A stretch of DNA of 64,000 nt, from positions 25,546,001 through 25,610,000 of the forward strand of contig CM052818.1 of the NCBI GenBank assembly GCA_028534125.1, given 5' to 3'. The DNA comes from Lama glama (Eukaryota). Below, piece after piece: positions 53,831-64,000 of the stretch (within the stretch, counting starts at the first letter, position 1; the number at the start of each line of letters is the position of its first letter). The notes under the pieces are model-generated. The model did no database searches. It had not been told where the DNA came from and saw only the letters and a program-made list of their open reading frames with translations. The translations under genes were made by a program, and so were the position numbers.

Positions 53831-55939
53831 TTAGTTAGTGGGCTTGAAAATAACATCTTTTTTTAGGGTCCCTCCTGTGCTGGACATTTTTATATGTGTC
53901 ATGCCAGACCCCACCCAGCTTTGTTCTTCGATAATCTTCCATACGTATAAGCTGGGCTGAAACCATAGAAACCCTAAGGTTACTATTCTTTTCTCTTAAA
54001 GCCTGGACAAGTCTCAGCTGTCCTTTCTGCTCTCTTTTCTCTGAACTGCCACCCCAGCTCCTCTTAGTCCTTTCAAAAAAAAGGTGTTTACCTTTAAAGG
54101 TGGAGCCTCCAACCCCTGTTCCGTAGCAGAAAGAGCAAGTGTGTTTTCCTTTTTCTCCTTCTACCCAAAGACTCAGTCCTGCATGGGAAATAGTAGTGAT
54201 CAAGGAATTAGGGCATTAGCCATTTGTTCTGCTCTTTAGGAAGAGATGCACAGCTCCTGAACATGATTGCACTTCATCTCCCCAAATTCCTGAGAAGTAA
54301 GGTTAAGAGCATAGACTTGTATCTTACAGATCTGGGTTCAACTCCCCAGGTTCTCATAAACCCACATATATATGCAAGTTCCTTATCTTCTCTATACCTC
54401 AGTTTCCTTATTTATAAAATGGACTTGTTTAGGAGATGAAATAAGACAATACAAATCCACAGCATAGTGCCCAGTTAGTAAGTACAGATTTGTGATTCTG
54501 ATTAAAATGTATGATTCAGATGTTTGTGTTCTTTCTGTACATCATACCAGCTGACAGTTCCCATTTCCTTACTCTATTAAATTATTCAACAGGAAAATCT
54601 CTTCGGTTTCTCTTTTGAAATTCCAGAGTTTTCTCCAAGAATTATGATTGGCTCTAAGCTGCGATCTTTCTAATTTCAAGCACAGAGATACCAAAGTTCA
54701 GAAGGCACCTCTGAGAACTCTTTTCTAAGGATTTGAGGCCTGGAAACCTGACTCTGCCACTGGTTTCTGTGTGATGCTGGGCTGATTACTCAGCTTCTCC
54801 AACACTCCCTTTCCTATAAAACAAAGACTTCATTTAATTGATCTCAGTGCTCTCTGACTTTTCAGAAAATTAAGTGATGTTTCCTAGCTCAATTTTTAAA
54901 ACTTTTTCTAGTTAAAAACTAATAATGATCAGTCCTTTAAAATATGTAATTGATTAGTAAAATCTGCCAAACTATAAAACATTTTTTTTTATGATTTCCA
55001 TTTCTCTTTTTTCTAGTTAGCTAATTCTTTCTCCTTTTTCAGAAGTCAGGCTATTTGGAATCTTGGCAAATAAAAATGATCCCTGCTTTGCCTTCCACAC
55101 CCAACCACACCCTTGCTTGTGTAGCCTACTTGTTCATTTTTCACCAACATAGGGTTCCCTCTGCCAGAACAGCATTGTTTAGAAACTGCTCTTGCCCCTC
55201 TTCAAACTTTTCAGCGTAGTGTAGGAAGCTTCCCTTCCTTGATGCCAACTATGGTTATTTTGTTCCAGTTAGACTCTATTTCAGGTGATTAGAAAGACTT
55301 AAAAGGAAAGGGCAGCTGTCTTTGGAGAGTCATTCTCCCCAAGCATATGCTATTTGTTTTTCAAAGAGCTAAGGTTTGTGGTGCAACCCGAGGTACGGAT
55401 CTTTTACTAGGGCCTCAGATGAATTAGAAGGAGATTGTAGACCCTTACCCGAGGATCTGTGTGTGGACTTCAGGGGTGTTGGTGAGGGGTGTTGGTGAAG
55501 CCATTAAAATCACATGTATTTTTCAGGGAAGATTCATAGCTTTTATGACTCTCAAAGGAACCTTAAAGGTTATAAGTTACTGTTGTTCATGGTTACTGTG
55601 AGCTGGACTTTTATTAAATCTGACTTATGACTTAATTGAATCTGGAAGAGGTTTCTAAAATGTATTTGATTTTGAATTCTGTTTCTAGAACTTAAATGTC
55701 AATAAGCATGTGAGAGATAAAAAGGGGAAGGAAGGAGGAAAGTTCAAAGTTGCCTCTCTGGGCCTTTGCAGCAGGGACAGGAGTCTGCTCTTTGGGTCAT
55801 TGTTCAAGCAAAAACTTCTTCTAATGAGCCTGTATTTTCTGAGAGCCTGAAGTAAAAAAGTTCATTTCAGTACATTAAATGTGAACATCTGTAGTATTAA
55901 ATCAAATCAAGACACTCGCCTGTTCCCAGGCATATTTTC

Positions 55940-56203
55940 TTTCTTTCTTTCTTTTTTTAAACATTTTTTTATTGAGTTATAGTCATTTTACAATGTTGTG
56001 TCAAATTCCAGAGTAGAGCACAATTTTTCAGTTGTACATGAACATACATTTATTCATTGTCACATTTTTTTTTGCTGTGAGCTCACAAGATCTTGTATAT
56101 ATTTCGCTGTGCTATACAGTATAATCTTGTTTATCTGTTCTGCATATGCCTGTCAGTATCTACAAATTTGAAATCCCAGTCTGTCCCTTCCCAGCCCCTG
56201 CCC
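55940..56203 (-). mobile_element. Short L1 3' end just upstream of a DHX57 acceptor
   Basis: Same family as the 3050-3610 copy; flanking catattt(t/c)cttt direct repeats. Confidence 0.85.
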
Positions 56204-56258
56204 ACATATTTCCTTTAATAAGGTATAATTATCCTTCTGATTTTTACCTTTCTTTCAG

Positions 56259-56375
56259 GGGTTAGCAAATCAGTCATCAAAACAATGTCCATCATGGATT
56301 TTGAAAAGGTTAATCTTGAATTAATCGAGGCCTTGCTAGAGTGGATAGTGGACGGAAAGCACTCCTACCCTCCAG
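56259..56375 (+). CDS. DHX57: DHX57 coding exon 12 (GVSKSVIKTMSIMDFEKVNLELIEALLEWIVDGKHSYPP)
   Basis: tttcag / gtaact boundaries, 117 nt, phase 1/1. Confidence 0.95.
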
Positions 56376-58991
56376 GTAACTGCTCCATGAACTTCATTCA
56401 TGTGTGAGGTGGCAGAGGGAAGGGAGCCCACTTCCTGGATAGTGGGCATTGTGGGGACAGCCTCCCTTCCTGGAGCCCTCCCCCACCCTCACCTTCTCAC
56501 CCCCAGTTGTGTGTGAAGTTGCTTATTAGGATTTTCAGGGGGAAATTTTACCTTTGACCTTTTGAGGAAGTTTTACCTTTTATCAGATGTTAACAATACA
56601 AGGTCCAAAAGGAAGAAAGCTGAAAAGAAGGCCTGGGTGTCCACACATTCAACACTCAGTCCCTGGCTAAATGGGAGTCTAGTAATGAGTGTTTGAATTA
56701 CATGAATACTCTGCAGTGGAGGCCACAGGACGTGGAGTTAAGGGAGCATCTTTGGAGAGTCTGATATACTGCCCTGTTCTGCTCCTCTGGAGCTCTGTTA
56801 CCTTGCATAAAGTCCTTATCTTTTCTATGCCTCAGGTTCCTTGTTTGTAAAATAAAGACAGTAAATAAGTCCTCTATTTTGATGATTAAAAGAAATCATA
56901 TATAAAGCACTTAGCACAGTGCCTGGCATGTAGTTAATGCCCAGCAGATACTACCCCAACAATGATAATATAACTATACTAGTATATTTGTCATCATTGT
57001 TGTCACCACTCCTCCTCCCCCTCGTCTACTATAACACAGAGCGGTCCCTACCTTCCCCTTACTGTCTTCTGTCCCAGTGGCTTCTTCCTCACTTGTAGTC
57101 CCTTATCCCCAGAATGAATGCCCTACATCATCTCATAACTGAATCCTTCACATCATTCAGGTTTCTGTCAAACATCTCCTCTTCAGAGAAGTCTTCTCTG
57201 ACACCCTATCTGTTGTCCTGCCCTGCCCTCCTCACTCTATCATAATATCCAAAAATGGTTCTCATTTTCATTATAGCACTAAACACTATCCAAAATTATA
57301 TGTCTATCTTCAATAGAGTGTAAGCTCTTTAATAATAAGGATTTCTTGTGCACCACTGTGTTCCTCAGACCCTAGAACAGTGCCTGGCATATTTAGGTAT
57401 CAAGTATTTGTTGCATGAATAGAGGCAGCCAGTGTTGGGTGATGTGATCATTAAGTGGAATCATAGATCAGAAGATTATATTATGTACTCATTACATAGT
57501 GCTTAAGAGAAATGGGAGTGACTGCCCTCTTCTGCTTAGACTTTAATCATTGTGTGGTATTTTCTAAAGAAACATGTGAACTACATAAAATTATTGAAGT
57601 GCCTTGTTTCTCAGCCTTTAGCAAGTAGCCAGTGTTGGCTAATGCCTTAACACTGGATTGAATATCTTACTTCATCCCAAAGAAAAAGACTAATTGAAAA
57701 AAATCAAGTATAGCAGCCAAAAAAAGTTAGAAAATTACCAGAATTCAAAGCAAATGTGTTGTAGTGATTAGGCAGTTGGTGATACTATTTGTGAATATCA
57801 AAGATACCTCTTATCCAGATGGCCAAGCCATGAGGGCAGAGCAAATCAGAAGGCACATGAATATACAGGCAAAAAATTTTTTCCATCCATATAGATTATT
57901 TTACATTCTTAAATTTTGTGGTCCTTTAGTAGAGAGAAAAGCATGGAGTATGTAATGGAAAGAGCATGGATCTGGTACCAGAAACCCTATGTTTGTGTTC
58001 ATACTCCACTCTGACCATGTTACAGAGTCGTCTTAAAGGGTACTAATAATCTTCTTAACGGGTGGTTATGAGGATCTAATGAGATAACATGTGAACATTC
58101 TTTGTAAATTACGAAGTATTAAAACCAACTCGGAAAGATACCTTTTGTCCTTCTTACTTCAGAGTTCCATTTTTGTAACAGTTTAGTTTCCTTATTTATT
58201 TAGTGGGGAGAATAACTATCATAAATAATTGGTTGTGAGTTCCTTGTGGGCAGAATTTGCTTTATATTTCACTGTACCTGGCACAGAGCTGACAAAGGCA
58301 CCCAGTAGATACTTGTGGGATTATAGGAGGAGCTGGTGAAGACAGTGTCAATTTCCTCTCTGAATAAAGCACAAAAGGAGGTGACTGTTGCTGAGTGACC
58401 GCTCTTGGCACAGAAATACACTACACAGTCAGTTATCACTGCTTATTTTCTTTTATGTAAAATTTTAAAGCCTATAAACCACTAATATGGCATGGTTGGT
58501 TAATGTACTGCCTCTTCTACACATATCTGAATTTAAATTATCAGGGTGGCCAGCCAGTTATAGTTTCTTTTTCTCATTTCCAATAAAGTGTTTATGGATT
58601 TTATTTATTAATGGAGAGAAGAGTTGTTCTGTCTTATAAGATTAGAAGGATAACTCTTTCTATAGAAAAGAATGTCAGTGCCCAGGGCGCTGAAGGACTA
58701 TGTCTAAAGAGCTTTGCTAATGATTCTTGTATAACTTAAGGCATTATATTTTTCCACACATCATTTTTTTTGTTGTAAAAAGATATAATACCTCATCCAT
58801 TTTGTAGTTATTAAGTCAGAAAATATATTTTACAAGTTTGTTATCCATTAAATTCCCTGGGGACTTCACAAAGAAAGGAAAATTGACAGTGAAAAATCTC
58901 AGATTATTAATTTTTTTCATTTAAAACTATAGTCTGTATTAGTTTTTTCTTCTTTTGCATTTACCAGATTGATTGTTTTTAATATACCCAG

Positions 58992-59088
58992 GTGCTATAC
59001 TTGTATTTTTACCGGGACTAGCAGAAATCAAGATGCTTTATGAACAGCTACAGTCTAATGCTCTTTTCAATAACCGACGTAGTCATCG
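58992..59088 (+). CDS. DHX57: DHX57 coding exon 13 (GAILVFLPGLAEIKMLYEQLQSNALFNNRRSHR)
   Basis: Motif IV LVFLPG; acccag / gtaagt boundaries. Confidence 0.96.
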
Positions 59089-59330
59089 GTAAGTTCATTG
59101 CTTTCTATAGCCTTCATCATCTGTTGCAGTCATATGCGAAGATGAATAACCAGAAAGGTCTCTTTGATGGTCATCACCCTCTTTAGACCCTGATGTCACT
59201 CCTTAAGAAAATGTTTATTTATGCCAGCTGGGAATAGACAAGTCAGTTTGTTTCAGGAAATCAGGAAACCCATTCTATTATATAAAAATATTTCTCTTCA
59301 CTTAACATAGTGGCTCCACAAAGTTACGTG

Positions 59331-59561
59331 TACATTTGGTACAACGTGGGTTTGGCCCGCATGGGTCCACTTACATGCGGATTTTTCTCCAGCAGTACAC
59401 ACTACGGTAGTGCATGATCTGTGGTTGGTTGAATTCATGGATATGGACCCATTCGCTCGGAGGACCACAGATTTGAAGGGTCAACTGTCAGAAGCAGATT
59501 TTCTACTGTGCAAAGGGTCGGCCACCACCCTCTGCCCTGTGTTGTTCAAAAGTCAACTATA
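59331..59561. mobile_element. MER8-like Tigger MITE
   Basis: gggtccacttacatgcggatttt...tgttgttcaaaagtcaact with TA flank. Confidence 0.7.
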
Positions 59562-60106
59562 ATTTCGGTTGCCAGATACAGGGGATGGGAGAAGCCAGTG
59601 TTAGGAACAGCAAAGAAATGCTACCATTTTGAGAAAAAATAATTTTGAATGGTTCCTATTCCAATAGCAAGACACGCTGGGTGTGTCCTCATATCTAAAG
59701 GGATAACTACTTGATAGAAGAGCACCCCCTAGAAATATAAGGTGAAGTTTCTTAATGTATATGACTGTCTCTGCCTCTCTTTCTCTGCATTTAAAGGTAG
59801 GGAAAAATGATTCTTTGCTGATTAGTGTCCTCTAGGCTTGTTACTTGTAGAATATCAACTATTTAGTGTTCTTGGTTACACTCCAGTTTTTCCCAAGTTG
59901 ATGCAAAGTTTTTAGTTCATAGAAATGAATAAATACTTTGTTAGGATCAGAAAGAACCTTCCCATTTACAAGAGCTGGCCTTGAGGACGGGTTGTGGAGA
60001 AGCTGCTGATTCTTGGAGTCATATTGTTAGTCTTAATAGAAATTCACCCATAACCCATTTCAGTGTTCTGTGCTGGAACACTAAGTGTGTTTCTATTTTC
60101 TTGCAG

Positions 60107-60280
60107 ATGTGTTGTTCACCCACTTCATTCATCTTTATCCAGTGAAGAGCAGCAGGCTGTGTTTGTAAAACCGCCTGTAGGTGTAACTAAGATTATAATT
60201 TCCACCAATATTGCTGAGACTTCCATAACCATTGATGATGTTGTCTATGTCATCGATTCTGGGAAAATGAAAGAAAAGAG
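60107..60280 (+). CDS. DHX57: DHX57 coding exon 14 ([10 protein letters not shown]...[14 protein letters not shown]...GKMKEKR)
   Basis: Motif V STNIAETS; ttgcag / gtattc boundaries. Confidence 0.96.
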
Positions 60281-60892
60281 GTATTCTCTTTTGGTGATGT
60301 AAGAAAGGGGCTAAAGATGCTGCATTTGAAGCAACACAGCTGTTAATGGCTAATGCTGTTAAGCTGCATGCATTACTGTTTGAAAAAATACTTTATGAAA
60401 ATTGTCCATGGATATATGAGTGATTCTGTAGCTAGGACCATGAATCTTATGTTCAAACAGAGGTGGAAAGTTTAAGGTTTTACCTTGGATGTAATTATTT
60501 TTCCTCTCTTTTTCTCATATGTTCATGAAAAAGAGTTATCATGGGAGGTGATGGATATGTTAATCATCAAATGATTGGTAATCATTTCACAGTGTATACA
60601 TATATCAGAACATCACATTGTATACCTTAAATATATACACTTTTTATTTGTCAAAAATAAATAAAAATGGGAAGGAAGTTTTTTAGAAATTATATAAAGA
60701 AACTGTATGTGGTAGCATTTGATACCATTTAAATCAGCACTGGGTGCTCCCACCCTGGACTCCCCTACCCCAGAACACACAGTACACTGTCCTTCCACAA
60801 AAGGACAGTTCATCTGTTCTGTCCATGCTAAGTAAAGTCTTGGCCACACTCTTATAAGGTTAACTCTTTTTTACATTTTCTTTAACTTATAG

Positions 60893-61093
60893 ATACGATG
60901 CCAGCAAAGGAATGGAAAGTTTAGAGGATACTTTTGTCTCTCAAGCCAATGCCCTGCAAAGAAAAGGGCGAGCAGGTCGTGTTGCCTCTGGGGTCTGCTT
61001 CCATTTATTTACCAGTCATCACTTCAATCACCAACTTCTAAAACAGCAGCTACCAGAAATACAAAGAGTGCCGTTGGAACAGCTCTGTCTACG
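60893..61093 (+). CDS. DHX57: DHX57 coding exon 15 (YDASKGMESL...QRKGRAGRV...LEQLCLR)
   Basis: Motif VI QRxGRAGR; ttatag / gtacat boundaries. Confidence 0.96.
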
Positions 61094-62241
61094 GTACATC
61101 TTGATCATTGTTCTGCTTCCAGAAGGTCCCAGTGTTTCTCACCTTAAGTTCCATGTTTGTTTTTTTCCTTAGTGAAGATGTTTTGCTAAGAGTGGACTTG
61201 GATGAACTCATTCATTTGCAAAGAAAAAGCTCTTTGGTGTTGCCTTTACCATTCTTTTTAACTTTCTGCACAGAAAGATCTCTTGCATTGCAGAGAATGG
61301 CCCTAAAATAGAGTTTAGGAGTACAGTTATAAGTCAGGAAAGTAATCTAACTTGTCAGGAAATTTCTGCTTGGGTAACACCAATGTTAAATCATCACAGG
61401 GGAAAATCTACAGCCTCATTATCAGGCAGAACAAAGTGAACAAAACTTGAAAACACCATTATTTACCTGATGAACAAACAAGAACAAATATCATAAAATA
61501 GGATTTAATGAGTGAATGATTAAACTCAATGTTACTGAAGCTGGGGAACCTTTGTTTCAACTTTTCTGAAAATTTGTATAGCGTTACATAAGAACTCTAA
61601 AACTATCCATGCCCTTTGACCCAGTCATCACTTTGAGGGAGTATATGCCCATAAAATGACAACCCAAAGGAAAGAAAGTTACTTATCCAAAGATGTTATA
61701 GCTCTTCTTTTATCTAGTAGGTATATTTTGAGAGCCTTCCATTACATTAGTAAAAATGTAAAGTGGTAATGTTTATAGATTGGTAGATTAGACAGGAATT
61801 ATAAGTGAAATAAATTTTATATTAGATTTTTCTCTTCTGAGAATTGCCTAAATTCATAATTTAAAATAGCTTTTCAAGAGTTACACAGCAGGACACAAAG
61901 CAGATTAGTTTTATAAACAATTACTATACAGTTTCAGATGTGGGAGAGAGAGTGAATTGATCATTTGAATTTTATTTCATGATTTGAACACACTGATAGG
62001 GAATCATTTTAGAAGTTTATAGAGAGAATTGTAATCCAAATCTCAGTAAATTTCACAATCAGAAAGTGTTTCTGCAATTATTTCCAGGAGAACTAGAAGA
62101 CATGAGATTTTTAAAAAATTTATTTAAACTGGCATGGTTTGGTTTATGAAAGCATGTATCTGGAAAATTATAAATTATTTTCACTCTTTTGTGTCATGTC
62201 ACCAGAAATAAAATTGACAAATTATTGTTTTCTTTTTTCAG

Positions 62242-62518
62242 AATTAAAATTTTAGAGATGTTTAGCACTCATAATCTCCAGTCTGTGTTCTCTCGGCTCA
62301 TTGAACCTCCACACGCTGATTCTCTCCGTGCCTCAAAAATACGATTACGAGACTTGGGAGCCTTAACTCCAGATGAAAAACTGACCCCTCTAGGGTATCA
62401 CTTGGCCTCTCTGCCCGTAGATGTGAGAATCGGCAAACTAATGCTGTTTGGGTCTATCTTCCGCTGTTTGGATCCTGCTCTCACCATCGCTGCCAGTTTA
62501 GCTTTTAAGTCTCCTTTC
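62242..62518 (+). CDS. DHX57: DHX57 coding exon 16, HA2 domain (IKILEMF...LTPLGYHLASLPVDVRIGK...KSPF); gene continues beyond window
   Basis: ttttcag acceptor, TTC|gtaagt donor; HA2 motif LTPLG..LA.LP. Confidence 0.96.
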
Positions 62519-62849
62519 GTAAGTAAACAACATTCATCTAAACTGGAGTCCGTAAGTCTCTAAGGGGACCATGGGGGCTTCAGGGTTATGGGAGTCCCCT
62601 AAAAATGTTCTTGTATGTTAATATGTGACTCTTTCAGGGCATAATGTCTATAACTGATCTGATCCTCAAAGAAATCCATGCCCCAAGTAAAGATGAAGAA
62701 CTAGAGATCCAGCTTATTTAAGTATTATAAATATGCTTTTGTATGTCTGCTTTACTTGCTCCTTATAGGATTATAGGAAAATCAGAAAAAGCAAGCAAGC
62801 AAAAAATGCCCTTGCATGATTTTCGAAAAACAATAAATACATTGGGCTA

Positions 62850-64000
62850 CTTTTTCTTTTAACACTTTATTGAAATATAATGCATCCATTTAAAGTGTAC
62901 AGTTTTATTAGTTTTTAGTATTGTGCAATCATCACCATAGTCAGTTTCAGAACATTTTTATCACTTCATAAAAACACCTCTTAGCTATCACTCCTATTTC
63001 CTGCCAGTCCTCCCACCACTCCAGCCCTAGGCAACCACCAGTCTCCTTTCTGTCTTCATCGGTTTGCCTCTTCTGGACATTTCGTATTAGTGAAATAGTA
63101 TAATATACAGTCTTTTGTGATCAGCTTCTTCACTTAGCATAATGCTTTTAAGATTCATCTAGTTACAGCATGTATAACATCTTTTCATTTGCTTATTGTC
63201 CATTTGTGTAACTTCTTTCAAGAAATGTCTATTTCAGGTAGTTTGCCCATTTTTTAATTGGGTTATTTGTCCTTTTATTATTGAGTTGTAAGAGTTCTTT
63301 ATATATTCTGGATATAAGTTCCTTCCAGATACATGATTTGCAAATATTTTCTCCTATATTATGGGTTGCCTTTTTCACTTTCTTGATCTATTCTTTGAAA
63401 TACAAAAGCTTTTATTTTTCTAACTTCCAGATTATCTAGTTTTTTGTTGCTTGAATTTTTGTTGTTATGATTAAGAATCCATTGCTAAATCCACAGTCAT
63501 GAAACTACATATTTTTCTAAAAGTTTTATAGGTTTAGTGCTTACATTATGGTCTTTGGTCCATTTTGAGTTAGTTTTTGTGCACAGTGTGAGGTAAGAGT
63601 CCAACTTCATTCTTTTGCTTGGACTGTGACTTTCCAGTTGTCCCAGCACCATTTATTGAAAAGACTGTTCTTTCTCCATTGAATGGTCTTGCATTCTTGT
63701 CAAATATTAATTGACCATAGATACATGAGTTTATTTCTAGATTCTTGATTCTGTTCCATTAAGTTATATAGTCTGTCCTTACACGAATTCCACAGTCTTG
63801 ATTCAAAATACAAAACTAGTTTTGTACTAAGTTTTGAAATCAGAAAGTGTGAATTCCCCAGCTTTGTTCTTTTTGGTAGTGTGTTGAGGATTTTTATGTC
63901 CATATTCATAAAAGATACTGGTCTGTAGCTTTGTTTTCTTGTGATGTTCTTGTCTGGTTTTGTATCAAGTAATACTGGCTGCGTAATGATTTGGGAAGTA
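62850..64000 (-). mobile_element. L1M 3' end and ORF2 remnants
   Basis: tttattgaaatataa...ccagccctaggcaacc...tcccagcaccatttattgaa. ORF 63700..63909(-) has L1 ORF2-like MNMDIKILN. Confidence 0.85.

Overview
Mammalian genomic DNA, most likely a camelid (four copies of a tRNA-derived SINE resembling camelid Vic-1, plus lineage-type L1 3' ends). A CpG-island bidirectional promoter at ~31.7-32.6 kb drives DHX57 on the + strand and MORN2 on the - strand. DHX57 (DEAH/RHA helicase) has 16 coding exons traced here with GT-AG boundaries and consistent phase, 3276 nt or 1092 codons, and continues past the window. MORN2 is complete. To the left, two non-coding - strand exons are probably the 5' leader of ARHGEF33, assigned by synteny; its CDS is not seen. 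The rest is repeat-rich intron (L1, L2, MIR, LTRs, hAT/Tigger MITEs). Most interesting: the MORN2 frame is open across three 'UTR' exons back to a CUG in good Kozak context with no in-frame AUG, giving a 151-aa protein, while the classic 79-aa AUG sits mid-MORN-repeat behind six out-of-frame AUGs. Also noted: a splice-spanning uORF in the ARHGEF33 leader, a possible MORN2-ARHGEF33 read-through, and several alternative splice donors in DHX57. No evidence was found for a wholly new gene system.
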